Below, one piece after another: positions 9,718 through 19,812 of a DNA stretch of 58,431 bases. Both the position numbers and the translations under genes were made by a program. Position 1 is the first letter of the stretch; every line of letters starts with the position of its first letter. The notes under the pieces were generated by a model, which was given only the letters and a program-made list of their open reading frames with translations, had not been told where the DNA came from and did no database searches. Source of the stretch: Gammaproteobacteria bacterium UBA2810 (lineage in GTDB: Bacteria; Pseudomonadota; Gammaproteobacteria; Enterobacterales; Succinivibrionaceae); assembly GCA_002351705.1 (NCBI GenBank), contig DEHC01000009.1:1-58431 (forward strand). Reading direction: 5' to 3'.

Positions 9718-10455
9718 TTAATCTGCCCCCGGAGTGATTTTGGAGATGATGTAGTCAGTCGTGCTGTGGATCTTGCTCAGCTGGATGGCTGATGCGGGAT
9801 CTACGCCCTTCGGGCAGACCTGCGAGCAGTAGCCGACGAAGGTGCAGCTCCATACTCCGCTCTCCTGGTTGAGGAGCTCGAGGCGCTGCTTCATGCCTGC
9901 ATCGCGGCTGTCGAGGTTGTAGCGGTAGGCAAGGGCGATGACTGCAGGTCCGATGAACTCCTTGTTGAGCTTGTACTGAGGGCATGCGGCATAGCACAGT
10001 CCGCAGTTGATGCAGCCGGAGAACTGGTGGTACTTCTCGAGCTGGGTCGGGGTCTGCAGGTACTCCTCGTCATCCTTCTTCTCTTCCTTCGGGATGATGT
10101 AGGGCTTGATGCGCTCGAGCTTCTCGATGAAGTCAGAGAGGTCTACGACGAGGTCGCGCTCAATCGGGAAGTTGGCGAGCGGCTCGATGCGCATGACCTC
10201 TCCGGCGTAGTCGCGGAGGAAGGTCTTGCAGGCAAGCCTCGGGGTTCCGTTGACCATCATTCCGCAGGATCCGCAGATCGCCATGCGGCAGGACCAGCGG
10301 AAGCTGAGGGAGCCGTCGAGGTTGTCCTTGATGTAGCACAGAGCCTCAAGGAGGGAAGTCTCGTGAGTGAACGGAACTTCAAATTTCTGAACCCAGGGCT
10401 TCTCGTCCTGCTCGGGACGGTAGCGGAGGATTTCCATGTTCATTTTGTCAGCCAT
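9718..10455 (-). CDS. frdB: Fumarate reductase iron-sulfur subunit FrdB
   Basis: Fe-S cysteine clusters [11 protein letters not shown] and [12 protein letters not shown]. 245 aa. Confidence 0.93.
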   Translation of the reverse strand: MADKMNMEILRYRPEQDEKPWVQKFEVPFTHETSLLEALCYIKDNLDGSLSFRWSCRMAICGSCGMMVNGTPRLACKTFLRDYAGEVMRIEPLANFPIERDLVVDLSDFIEKLERIKPYIIPKEEKKDDEEYLQTPTQLEKYHQFSGCINCGLCYAACPQYKLNKEFIGPAVIALAYRYNLDSRDAGMKQRLELLNQESGVWSCTFVGYCSQVCPKGVDPASAIQLSKIHSTTDYIISKITPGAD

Positions 10456-10457
10456 TT

Positions 10458-12272
10458 TTACTTTCCTTCCTTGGCAGCTTCAGCCTCTGCGGCGGCCTTT
10501 GCGGCAGCCTCAGCCTTCTCGCCCTCGGCGCCGTATACGCGCTTGGCCGGCTTCAGTTTGGTGATCTTGACGGAACCATAGGTAATGGTAGGAGCATCAT
10601 CCCCGTTGTAGGTGGCGAGACTGTGCGCCAGGAACTTCTTGTCGTCTCTCTCAGGGTAGTCGAGGCGCTGGTGGGAGCCGCGCGACTCGGTACGGTTGAG
10701 TGCGGAGTATGCCATTGCGTAGGCGTTGTCGAGGAGGAATCCGAGCTCCACAGCATTCAGCCACTCGGTGTTGAATACGTTGGAGTCATCGCTGACCTTG
10801 ACCTTCTTGTAGCGGGCCTTGAGCTCGGCGAGCTTGGCGATGGTTGCCCTGATGGAGGCGTCATCGCGGTAAATGCCGACGCCGTCATCCATGGTCTGGC
10901 CCATCTCAGCCCTGATCCTGCCCATGTTCTCGTCATGGCCCTTGGCGCCGATGATCGAGCGGGAAGCAGCGTAGAGATCCTCAGCCTCCTTCTCGGTCTT
11001 GTTCTGATCCGCGAAGTCAACCTCACGGGAGAACTTGGCAGCCTCGTCTCCGGCAACATGGCCGAATACGACGGTCTCGACGAGGGAGTTGGATCCGAGG
11101 CGGTTCGCGCCGTGGATTCCGACAGAGGCGCACTCGCCTGCTGCGTAGAGTCCCTTGATGGTGCATGCGGTCTTGCCGTCGGTCTCGATTCCGCCCATGG
11201 TGTAGTGGACGGTCGGGCATACAGGGATAGGCGCATCGACCGGGTCAAGTCCTACGTATGCCTTGGCGAGCTCGCAGATGAACGGCAGACGCTCGTGGAG
11301 GTACTTCTCGCCGAGATGGCGGAGGTCGAGGTTGACGACATCGCCGAGCGGGGTCTTGATGGTGCGGCCCTTCTTCTTCTCCTGCCAGAATGCCTGGGAG
11401 ACGCGGTCGCGGGGTCCGAGCTCCATGTACTTGCTCTTCGGATGTCCGAGCGGGGTCTCAGGGCCCAGGCCGTAGTCCTGCAGGTAGCGGTAGCCGTCCT
11501 TGTTGGTGAGCACTCCGCCCTCGCCGCGGCACGCCTCGGTCATGAGGACGCCGCATCCCGGAAGTCCGGTCGGGTGGTACTGCACGAACTCCATGTCACG
11601 GAGCTTTGCGCCGTGGCGGTAGGCAAGGGCCATGCCGTCGCCGGTTACGATTCCGCCGTTGGTGTTGAACTTGTAGCAGCGGCTTGATCCGCCGGTCGCG
11701 ATGACGACGGACTTGGCGAGGACAAGGCGGGGGATTCCGTTCTGGATATCGAAGGTCAGGACGCCCTGTACCTGGTTGTCGTGAACGATGAGATCAAGCG
11801 CGAAGTGCTCGTCGAGGCGGTGGATGTGGCTGTACTTGATGGAGGTCTGGAAAAGGGTGTGGAGCATGTGGAAGCCGGTGCGGTCAGCGGCGAACCAGGT
11901 GCGGGGAACCTTCATTCCGCCGAACGGGCGGACATTGATTCTGCCGTCCGGCTGCCTGCTCCAGGGGCATCCCCAGTGCTCGAGCTGGTAGAGCTCGCGC
12001 GGAGCGCGGTCGACGAAGAAGTCAACGACGTCCTGCTCGCAGAGCCAGTCGCCGCCGGCGACAGTGTCAACGAAGTGCTTGTAGAGGCTGTCATCGTCAC
12101 GGTATACGCCTGCGGCGCCGCCTTCTGCTGCAACAGTATGGCTGCGCATGGGGTATACCTTGGAAATCAGAGCCACGTCAAGATCGGGGGCAGATTCTGC
12201 CACGGCAATTGCCGCGCGCAGTCCGGCTCCGCCGGCACCGACAATGGCGACGTCCGCTTTTACTATATCCAA
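10458..12272 (-). CDS. frdA: Fumarate reductase flavoprotein subunit FrdA
   Basis: FAD-binding [15 protein letters not shown]-terminus. 604 aa, full-length FrdA/SdhA family. Confidence 0.95.
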   Translation of the reverse strand: MDIVKADVAIVGAGGAGLRAAIAVAESAPDLDVALISKVYPMRSHTVAAEGGAAGVYRDDDSLYKHFVDTVAGGDWLCEQDVVDFFVDRAPRELYQLEHWGCPWSRQPDGRINVRPFGGMKVPRTWFAADRTGFHMLHTLFQTSIKYSHIHRLDEHFALDLIVHDNQVQGVLTFDIQNGIPRLVLAKSVVIATGGSSRCYKFNTNGGIVTGDGMALAYRHGAKLRDMEFVQYHPTGLPGCGVLMTEACRGEGGVLTNKDGYRYLQDYGLGPETPLGHPKSKYMELGPRDRVSQAFWQEKKKGRTIKTPLGDVVNLDLRHLGEKYLHERLPFICELAKAYVGLDPVDAPIPVCPTVHYTMGGIETDGKTACTIKGLYAAGECASVGIHGANRLGSNSLVETVVFGHVAGDEAAKFSREVDFADQNKTEKEAEDLYAASRSIIGAKGHDENMGRIRAEMGQTMDDGVGIYRDDASIRATIAKLAELKARYKKVKVSDDSNVFNTEWLNAVELGFLLDNAYAMAYSALNRTESRGSHQRLDYPERDDKKFLAHSLATYNGDDAPTITYGSVKITKLKPAKRVYGAEGEKAEAAAKAAAEAEAAKEGK

Positions 12273-12501
12273 TTTAATCCTCCTGGTACAGGGGCCTCGG
12301 CCTCTGCTGGGTTAACTTTCAAAGGGAATGTAACGCACTACCGTGCTGAGATGCTAAAAACTTGTGGCATTCTATCATATTGACGCGTTTTCCCAATGAA
12401 AAATCATCGGCAAGCGTCTCAGATTTGTATACCGGACCCGAAAAAATCATGAAAGGTGTTTTTCTGTCCGGTATTTTTGTCTGAACATGTGTAAGGTCTG
12501 C

Positions 12502-13374
12502 CTAACGAAGAGATGCGGCCCTCTGTCCGGCCCTGACTTTAGTGCCCGGCTCAAGCTGGCACTCGTCTGCCATGCCCCTCTCGAAGAGCGTGATTACGGT
12601 CGATCCGAGCTTGAAGCGGCCCATCTCGGCGCCCCTTGCGAGGGTTATGCTCCGCTCCCCCTCGTACTCCTCCTCGAAGGGGGTGCTGCCGTGCCCGCCG
12701 TTGACCTCGCCCTTCCAGACAGTCTCGATAGAGCCCACGATCATGGCGCCGACCAGCACGAGGCACATTTTCCCGCGCGGCGTGTCGAAGAAGGCGCAGG
12801 CCCTCTCGTTCCTCGCGAAAAGCCCTCTGATGTGCGCGGCCGTGTTGAGGTTGACGCTGAAGAGCTTCCCGGGGATGTAGGAGAGGGCGGTGAGCCTTCC
12901 CTCAAGCGGCATGTGGACCCGGTGGTAGTTCGCGGGCGAGAGGTAGACGGTGAAGTAGGTGCCTCCCTCGAACGGGCGGCAGAGCTCCGGGTTTCCGCCG
13001 AGGAGCGAGGCGAGGGAGAAGTCCTGGCCCTTGGCCTGGATGAGCGTTCCTGCCGTCACCGTCCCCGAGGCGCTCTTCGTGCCGTCAGAGGGGCTGAGCA
13101 CCGCGCGCGGATCCGGATCGAGCGGGCGGGCGCCTGCCCTGAGCGGCCTCGTGAAGAACTCGTTGAAGGTCGCGTACTGCGCGGGATCCTGCTTCTCGCA
13201 CTCGGACATGTCCACATGGTAGTGGGAGATGAACCTTTTGATGGCGAAGGTGGTGACGGGCCCCATCCTGCTCCCGGCGAAGAAGCCGGCTGTTTTCGTG
13301 AGCAGCTTCTGCGGGGCGGCGTACTGGATGTCTGCCTTGAGGGCGCTTAAGAATTCTGACATGTCAATCTCCAT
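12502..13374 (-). CDS. psd: Phosphatidylserine decarboxylase proenzyme
   Basis: LGST self-cleavage motif (FKLGSTVITLF), plus FNEFFTRPL and YHRVHMP motifs. Confidence 0.9.
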   Translation of the reverse strand: MEIDMSEFLSALKADIQYAAPQKLLTKTAGFFAGSRMGPVTTFAIKRFISHYHVDMSECEKQDPAQYATFNEFFTRPLRAGARPLDPDPRAVLSPSDGTKSASGTVTAGTLIQAKGQDFSLASLLGGNPELCRPFEGGTYFTVYLSPANYHRVHMPLEGRLTALSYIPGKLFSVNLNTAAHIRGLFARNERACAFFDTPRGKMCLVLVGAMIVGSIETVWKGEVNGGHGSTPFEEEYEGERSITLARGAEMGRFKLGSTVITLFERGMADECQLEPGTKVRAGQRAASLR

Positions 13375-13455
13375 GTTTGCCCCGCGATTTTATCGCGTGA
13401 GAGCATTAAAAGGCAAAAACCGGAAAGAATGCTCCTTTTTGCGGAGCCTGAGGCC

Positions 13456-14504
13456 TCAGAGCATGCTGATGACCTTCTGCACCAGCTCCTCTGACGTGGC
13501 CCAGCTCGTCGCTATCCTGATGACGGTATTGTCTCCCTCCGCCTCCTCCCAGAAGCTGTACTCAAGTATTTCATCAAGCCGGGCTTTCTGCCCGGGGGTA
13601 ACCGTGAGGAATATCTGGTTGGTGGGCGATTTGAAGGTGAGCTCATAGCCGTGCTCCGTGAATGCCCTACGGAGGGCGTCTGCGGCCTTTACGGCGGTTT
13701 CGCCGATACGGAAGTAGAGAGAGTCGGAGAAGAGGGTGTCGAACTGCAGCCCCAGGAGCCTTCCTTTCGCGAGAAGCGCACCGTGCTGCTTGATGATGGT
13801 GAAGAAATGCGGGATGAGCTGTGGATCCGGGATTACGACCGCCTCTCCGAGCAGCGCCCCGCATTTGGTTCCGCCTATACAGAACGCGTCGCAGAGGCGG
13901 GCGAGATCGGGAAGCGATACGTCATTCTCCGGTGAGGCAAGAGCGTAGGCGAGGCGCGCGCCGTCGCAGTACAGCCTGAGGCCGAAGGCATCGCAGGCGC
14001 TCCTTAACGCGGTGAGCTCGGAAAGGGAGTAGAGCGTTCCGTACTCCGTGGGCTCTGAGATATAGACCAGGCCGGGGCTCACCATGTGATCGCGGTTGCC
14101 GTCATCAAGGAAGGCTCCGCAGTATTCCCTGAGCTCACCGGCGTTGATTTTCCCCTCATGCTGCGGGAGCTGGAGAACCTTGTGGCCGCCGTGCTCGATG
14201 GCTCCCGCCTCGTGCACGCTGACATGGCCGCTTGAGGGGGGATGACGCCCTCATATGAGCGGAGGAGCGAGTCAATGACGACGGCGTTCGCCTGCGTTCC
14301 GCCGGTGAGGAAATGCACGGCCGCCTCCGGCGCGCCGCAGGCCTCCCTTATCTTCCTCCGCGCGCTTTCCGAGAACTCATCGGCGCCGTAGCCGGGTGTC
14401 TGGAGCAGGTTCGTCTCAAGGAGCCTCCTCATGATCCCGGGATGCGCTCCCTCCTGATAGTCTGACGCGAGCATGGCCTTTTCCATTTTCTCTTCTCCCT
14501 TCAT
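13456..14504 (-). pseudogene. Low-specificity threonine aldolase family gene (ltaE-like) split by a -1 frameshift near 14215-14235
   Basis: The N-terminal part (FLTGGTQANAVVIDSLLRSYEGVIPPQAAMS) and the C-terminal part (SVHEAGAIEHGG...YCDGARL...CDAFCIGGTKCGALLGEAVV...TNQIFLTV) are in different frames. Together they are collinear with LtaE. The junction is consistent with a missing base in gcggcc(c)atg. Confidence 0.65.
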
Positions 14505-14693
14505 TTCCCGTGAGCCTGATGTACGCCACGCGGCAGAGTGTAATGCGGAGGATTTGCCATTGCAAACGCGGCGCGCCGCTCATTTCTGCCGCGCTCCTTT
14601 GGAGCGGCGGCGCAGTGTCTGCTATACTGACTGGCCCGCCCGGGCTTTTGCGCCCGGCGGCCGGACACCTGACCTTGACAGAGGATTTCCCGA

Positions 14694-15278
14694 ATGACTT
14701 CAGCAGCTTCACCTGATATAAGCGACACCAACCTCGTGTGGATGGATCTTGAGATGACCGGGCTCGACGTCGAGCGCGACCACATACTTGAGATTGCCGT
14801 CATCGTGACGGATCAGAAGCTCCGGATCCTCGCTGAGGGACCGGTCATCGCCGTCCACCAGAGCGAGGAGGTACTCGCAGGCATGGATGACTGGAACAGG
14901 GAGCACCATACAGCCTCAGGGCTTGTCGAGAGAGTGAGGAACAGCACCGTAGGCGAGAAGGAGGCTGAGCGCATCGTCCTCGGTACGATAAAGCGCTTCA
15001 TCCCTGAGAAGAAGACCCCGCTCTGCGGCAGTTCGATCTGGCAGGACCGACGCTTCCTCTGCCGCTACATGCCGGAGCTCGAGGCCTGGTTCTTCCACCG
15101 GAACATCGACGTGAGCTCGATAAAGGAGCTCGCGAGGATCTGGCGGCCTGAGCTCCTCACGAAGGTCGTCAAGCGCGGGCGCCATGAGGCCCTCTCTGAC
15201 ATCCAGGACACCATCGCCGAGCTCCGCCTCTACGCGGGCGAGTTCTTCCGCCTGCCGAAGAAGTTCATCGGAGACTGA
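14694..15278 (+). CDS. orn: Oligoribonuclease
   Basis: LVWMDLEMTGLDVERDHILEIAVIVTD DEDD exonuclease motifs. Followed by tRNA-Gly, as in E. coli. Confidence 0.93.
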   Translation: MTSAASPDISDTNLVWMDLEMTGLDVERDHILEIAVIVTDQKLRILAEGPVIAVHQSEEVLAGMDDWNREHHTASGLVERVRNSTVGEKEAERIVLGTIKRFIPEKKTPLCGSSIWQDRRFLCRYMPELEAWFFHRNIDVSSIKELARIWRPELLTKVVKRGRHEALSDIQDTIAELRLYAGEFFRLPKKFIGD

Positions 15279-15313
15279 GGCTCATCAGCCTCTCTTTCTG
15301 ACATGGCGCACGC

Positions 15314-15595
15314 ATGCGCCATGTCCGCCCTCAGCCGTCAGGTACGCCTCTTCTCGTGAAGGCCGTATCCGACAGTACCGGCTTTGCCTTCGGCCATGTC
15401 AAGGTTGCGACTGACATCACATTTGTCGCCGTCGCAGTCGTCCTCTCGCTCATACTGTTTCACGGCACCATCGTCGGGACCAGGGAGGGCACAATAATCA
15501 CGGCGGTCTGCACCGGCTTTGCCGTAAAGCTCTGGGCAAGACTCATCGAAAGGCCGGTTGAGGCGGTGTTCGCCCTGAGGCCAGTAAGGCGATAA
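15314..15595 (+). CDS. Small hydrophobic ORF, possibly a C-terminal fragment of a YczE/YitT-like membrane protein
   Basis: The hydrophobic segment VAVAVVLSLILFHGTIVGTREGTIITAVCTGFAV resembles the tail of larger membrane proteins. There is no clear start or RBS. Confidence 0.25.
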   Translation: MRHVRPQPSGTPLLVKAVSDSTGFAFGHVKVATDITFVAVAVVLSLILFHGTIVGTREGTIITAVCTGFAVKLWARLIERPVEAVFALRPVRR

Positions 15596-15604
15596 AGGCC
15601 TGAG

Positions 15605-15638
15605 TTTCCGGGGCTTTTCAGGCTCCGGAACCTTTTTT
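15605..15638 (+). terminator. Hairpin plus T-run
   Basis: gtttccgggg-cttttcag-gctccggaac followed by cttttttac. Confidence 0.45.
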
Positions 15639-15660
15639 ACAAAAAAATATTAAAAAGCGC

Positions 15661-15688
15661 TTGCAAGCTTTTCAATTCAGCGTATAAT
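15661..15688 (+). promoter_or_regulatory. Sigma70-like promoter for tRNA-Gly
   Basis: TTGCAA, then a 16-bp spacer, then TATAAT, about 45 bp upstream of the tRNA. Confidence 0.55.
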
Positions 15689-15734
15689 GAACCTCGTTTT
15701 CACGGCGAACCAACGCCGCTGACAAGACGAAAAC

Positions 15735-15810
<76 letters not shown>

Positions 15811-15951
15811 GAGTTCCTCTGGAGCTTCTTTCAAATCTCCCTCTTCTGAACTTCCAGATAAATTCCTTTTTAACCGTATCTTTCTGTTTTTATCTCTTTT
15901 TGATTTCTCTAATTTTTCCTGCGTCTGTTTCTGATTTTGTGAGATCAAATC

Positions 15952-17658
15952 ATGCCGCAGGCGCTCAGCCGTATTAATATTTACTGGTTTTCCGCCGCCT
16001 TTGACGCGGCGCACAGAGTTATGGATTTAGCCCCGGGGCAATGCCAGATTAACAGGAAACTTACTGAGAAAGAGCTGCTGTCGTCACTTGACGAGGCTAT
16101 CGAGAAAGGCTGGATATTCGCCTGCTTCCAGCCCAAGGTCAACCATTCAACTAAGAGGATCATCGGCGCCGAGGCGCTCATGAGGTGGCGCGATCCCGAG
16201 GCAGGGATGCAGTACCCCAGCGACTTCATCCCGGTCCTCGAGAATGCCGGCATGCTCTGGAAGGCCGATCTCGCGATATTCGAGCGGGTCTGCTCTTTCC
16301 AGGAGAGGGCCCTTGCCTCTGACATCCATCCTGTCCCGGTCTCCTTCAACATCTCCCGCTTCGACATACTCCATGACGATTACACTCTGTCTCTCGAGGA
16401 GATCAGGAAGAGGCTCGGCGTCCCGGTAAGGCTCCTCCACGCGGAGATTACCGAGTCCTCCGTCATCGGAGGCCCCGAGAGGGTTGCGGCCTTCGTGAGC
16501 GGCCTGCAGGAGATCGGCTACAAGGTCGAGATGGATGACTTCGGCAGCGGCTACTCCTCGCTCAATGTGCTGAAGGATCTCCCCTTTGACTTCATCAAGC
16601 TCGACATGCGCTTCTTCAGCGGCGGCATGACCGGGCGGGGCGGCGCCATCATCAATGCCGTCGTGCAGATGGCAAGGTGGCTCCACACCCCGGTAATCGC
16701 CGAGGGCGTAGAGACAGAGCCGCAGGCTGACTTCATGGAGAGCATCGGCTGCTCCTATATCCAGGGCTATCTCTACTCTAAGCCTGTCCCGGAGGAGGAG
16801 TTCCGCGGGAAGCTCGAGACCTCCGCCTCCGAGCCCGTGGCTCCCGCGATTGAGCTCCCTGAGGAGATGGACGCGGGAAAGTTCTGGGATCCCTCGTCGA
16901 TGGAGACTCTCATCTTCAACAGCTATGTGGGCGGGGCGGCGATAATCTCACTCCGCCAGGGCAGAATAGAGATCCTCAGGGTTAACCGCAAGTATTCAAA
17001 GGAAATCGGCCTCGTGATGTCAGATCAGGAGATCCTGAGGCTTGACGCCCTGGGGACGCTCGACACCGACAACCGGAGAGTGTACCTGGACGCGCTCAGG
17101 AGGGCCTCCGAAACAGGAGAGGAGCAGAGCTGCGAGACCTGGAGGACGATCTGCTCGAAGTGCTGCGGGTCAGACCGCATCTGCGTGAGGAGCTTCATCA
17201 GGGAGCTCGGGCGGGCAGGCGATCAGACCTTCTATTATGTGATGGTGCAGAACATCACCGCGGAGAAGAAGAGCTACGATGAGCTCCTAAGGAGCGAGAA
17301 GCGCTATCACTATGCTGCCGAGCATGACAGCTCCTTTGCCTGGGAGTATGACAGCAGGACGCATGAGATGAGGCCCTGCTCGAGGTGCATCAGGGAGCTG
17401 GGGCTCCCCGCTGTCATCCGTGACTACCCGGAGCCTGTGATAAAGAGCCGCCTCTTCCAGCCCGACTTCGCTGATGAGTACCGCGAGTGGCACAGAAAGC
17501 TTGCGGAGGGCGTCCCCTACCTTGAGGACGTCATGCTACTCACCGACAACCGGATCCCCTTCAGGGTTGCCTACACCAATGAGTTCGACGAGGCCGGGAG
17601 GCCTCTCCGCGCCTACGGCTCGGCAACACCCGTGAGCACCGGGGAAAAGAAGGACTGA
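15952..17658 (+). CDS. EAL-domain cyclic-di-GMP phosphodiesterase with C-terminal PAS-like region (no GGDEF)
   Basis: EAL motif (IIGAEALMRWRDPEAG) and the downstream catalytic motifs E..ES, DDFG(S/T)GYSS and QG(Y/F) are present in the N-terminal half. The alternative start is the ATG at 16021. Confidence 0.8.
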   Translation: MPQALSRINIYWFSAAFDAAHRVMDLAPGQCQINRKLTEKELLSSLDEAIEKGWIFACFQPKVNHSTKRIIGAEALMRWRDPEAGMQYPSDFIPVLENAGMLWKADLAIFERVCSFQERALASDIHPVPVSFNISRFDILHDDYTLSLEEIRKRLGVPVRLLHAEITESSVIGGPERVAAFVSGLQEIGYKVEMDDFGSGYSSLNVLKDLPFDFIKLDMRFFSGGMTGRGGAIINAVVQMARWLHTPVIAEGVETEPQADFMESIGCSYIQGYLYSKPVPEEEFRGKLETSASEPVAPAIELPEEMDAGKFWDPSSMETLIFNSYVGGAAIISLRQGRIEILRVNRKYSKEIGLVMSDQEILRLDALGTLDTDNRRVYLDALRRASETGEEQSCETWRTICSKCCGSDRICVRSFIRELGRAGDQTFYYVMVQNITAEKKSYDELLRSEKRYHYAAEHDSSFAWEYDSRTHEMRPCSRCIRELGLPAVIRDYPEPVIKSRLFQPDFADEYREWHRKLAEGVPYLEDVMLLTDNRIPFRVAYTNEFDEAGRPLRAYGSATPVSTGEKKD

Positions 17659-17671
17659 AGGCCCGGGCCTG

Positions 17672-18295
17672 TTACCGGTAGAGCCCGTTCTTCCTGATGT
17701 ACTGGAGCACCTCTGGTGAGATGAGAGATGGCTCCTCCCCGCGCGCGAGCGCCTGCCTGATTGCCGTGGATGACACGGGAAGGCACTCCCTCTCCGATAT
17801 GAAATATTTTCCAGCAGGTGCTCTCAGCAGCTCCCCTGCCTGTCCCGCCCTTTCTGCATGCTGTCCGAGGAATGACTTCTCCGGAGGCGGCACCTCCGTC
17901 CCCGGCCTCCTTATCACGAAAAAGCTCGCAAGCTCCGGGAGCTCCTCCGCCTCATGCCAGGATCCGATGGTCCTGAAGGAGTCCATGCCGATGATGAAGA
18001 TGACCGGATCATGTGGCCGTTCAGCCCTTATCTCCCGGAGCGTCTCCGAGGTGTAGGAGGGGGAGCTCCGCCTGAGCTCCCTCGTGTCGATGGAAAAGCC
18101 CGTGCCCTTAAGGGCGATCTCCAGCATGCGGAGGCGGTCACTGCTTGTAACCGACGGCGCCTCCTTATGGGGCGGAATGGAGTTGATGAGGAACGTCGCG
18201 CTGACGCCGAGGCTCTCCGAGGCGATTTCAGCCATCCGGAGGTGCCCCAGGTGCACCGGGGAGAACGTCCCGCCGAGCAGAAGCAGCGCTCTCAC
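17672..18295 (-). CDS. nadD: Nicotinate-nucleotide adenylyltransferase
   Basis: LLGGTFSPVHLGHL (HxGH) motif. 207 aa. Confidence 0.9.
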   Translation of the reverse strand: MRALLLLGGTFSPVHLGHLRMAEIASESLGVSATFLINSIPPHKEAPSVTSSDRLRMLEIALKGTGFSIDTRELRRSSPSYTSETLREIRAERPHDPVIFIIGMDSFRTIGSWHEAEELPELASFFVIRRPGTEVPPPEKSFLGQHAERAGQAGELLRAPAGKYFISERECLPVSSTAIRQALARGEEPSLISPEVLQYIRKNGLYR

Positions 18296-19305
18296 CTTCT
18301 AGTGTCCCTGAGGCGCCCCATGCAGTCCATGATCCTGCTCCAGGCCTCCTCCTCGGAGAAGCTGCAGGAGGCGCGGTCAGCGGCGGCTATGTCGGAGATC
18401 ATGTCACTGACTGCAGAGGTGTGGAGCCTCCTCGCGCAGTTCTGGTACTGGGCCTTTTTCGAGGGCCAGACCTTCATGCCGCTGAAGGCGCGCTCGGTGT
18501 CGGCGCGGCGGTAGCTGAGGCGCTGCAGCGCGTCAACGCAGAGGAGGTCGCGCCCAATCACCCTTATTACGCCCATGGACTCCTCTCCCGCCTCGCGGAG
18601 CGCGGAGACGATTTTCACCGCCTTCGCCATGTTCGCGGAAAGCATGGCATCGGAGAGCGCGAACACGTCATACCTGCTGTCCGGGGATACGGAGTTCCGG
18701 ACGGTCTCGAGGCTCAGAGGCCCGGGGAGCTTCTCGAGGGCGAGCTTCCTCAGCTCCTGCAGCCCCGCGCCGAGGTTGCCCTCGAACGAGGAGGCCATGA
18801 AGGCGAGCGCGTCAGGAGAGAGCTCTACGCCGATGCGCTTCGCCTCATTCCCGAACCACTGGGGGAGCTGCTGCCTGAAGGGGGCCATGGCCGAGGCGGT
18901 CACTGCACCGGCGGAGAGGAGGCTCTTGTACCACTTGGCTGTCTGGTTGGCCTTGGTGATTTTCTTGCAGATGATGATGAAGGCGGTGTCGGCGCCGCCT
19001 GCCTTCACCGCGGGGAGCGCCTTCTCCGCCGCAGAGACCGGCTGATCCTCCGCCGACACCAGGAATATCCTCCTTGAGGAGAACATGTCGAAGCTTCCGG
19101 CGGCAGTCGCGAGCTGCTCCCAGGAGAACGTCCCAGCGCTGAAGCGGGTGAGGTCCTCATAGCCCTTCTTCCTGAACTCCTCTGCGGCGGCGTCGCTCAT
19201 GAGCCCGGTGATGCAGGGCTCGTCGCTGAAGATCACCGCGAGCGTGCCCTCTCCGCGGCGGACGGCCGCTGCGAGATCCGCTGCGGAGTAGAGGAGATCT
19301 GCCAT
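18292..19305 (-). CDS. holA: DNA polymerase III delta subunit
   Basis: Size (337 aa) and position in the conserved leuS-lptE-holA-nadD cluster. 4-bp overlap with nadD. Confidence 0.8.
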   Translation of the reverse strand: MADLLYSAADLAAAVRRGEGTLAVIFSDEPCITGLMSDAAAEEFRKKGYEDLTRFSAGTFSWEQLATAAGSFDMFSSRRIFLVSAEDQPVSAAEKALPAVKAGGADTAFIIICKKITKANQTAKWYKSLLSAGAVTASAMAPFRQQLPQWFGNEAKRIGVELSPDALAFMASSFEGNLGAGLQELRKLALEKLPGPLSLETVRNSVSPDSRYDVFALSDAMLSANMAKAVKIVSALREAGEESMGVIRVIGRDLLCVDALQRLSYRRADTERAFSGMKVWPSKKAQYQNCARRLHTSAVSDMISDIAAADRASCSFSEEEAWSRIMDCMGRLRDTRR

Positions 19306-19802
19306 CAGCGGAGCCTCATGAAGTTGATGAAGATCTCATCAACGGTCTGCTTCTTCATCTCGTTTATGAGGAGCCTCTGCTCGTTCGCGCCGGCGAGCGC
19401 CTCGACGCCCTTGTTGAGGATGGTGCGGTTGAAGTTCGACTTCTTCGCGATGACCCTGCCGTCCGGGAGGACAAAGGAGTAGCTCGTGGCGCTCAGCATG
19501 TTGTACTGCAGCTCCTGGGATCTGCTGTCAACCGCGCTGAGGCTGCGCTTCACGCGGGAGCCGCTCAGGATGATGGTCACGGCGTCCGGGGTCTTCTCCT
19601 GCAGGAGCTCCACCCCGGCGGCGCGCAGGCGGATGTAGAGCTCCTGGTAGAGGAGATCCGACTTGCTGCCGTAGAGGAGGACCTTCTTGTACCTGGCCTC
19701 GCCGTTGTTCTCACTGTAGCCCGCGAGGCTGTACCCGCAGCCTGTGAGCGCGGGCACAGCGAGGAGGATGATGGAAAAAAGCCGGAGGAGTCTTCTTTTC
19801 AT
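19305..19802 (-). CDS. lptE: LPS-assembly lipoprotein LptE
   Basis: Signal peptide with lipobox LTGCGY. Lies between leuS and holA. The true start is the internal ATG at 19802 (MKRRLLRLFSIILL), not 19934. Confidence 0.8.
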   Translation of the reverse strand: MKRRLLRLFSIILLAVPALTGCGYSLAGYSENNGEARYKKVLLYGSKSDLLYQELYIRLRAAGVELLQEKTPDAVTIILSGSRVKRSLSAVDSRSQELQYNMLSATSYSFVLPDGRVIAKKSNFNRTILNKGVEALAGANEQRLLINEMKKQTVDEIFINFMRLR

Positions 19803-19812
19803 GCGGCCGGTC

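Noticed and set aside
12273-12501. Long inverted repeat (accggac...gtccggt with inner gaaaaaa/tttttc) between psd and frdA
   Set aside because: The structure does not sit upstream of a U-tract on the transcribed (minus) strand, so its role as psd terminator is unclear. No clean FNR-box (TTGAT-N4-ATCAA) was found for frdA either. Left unannotated.
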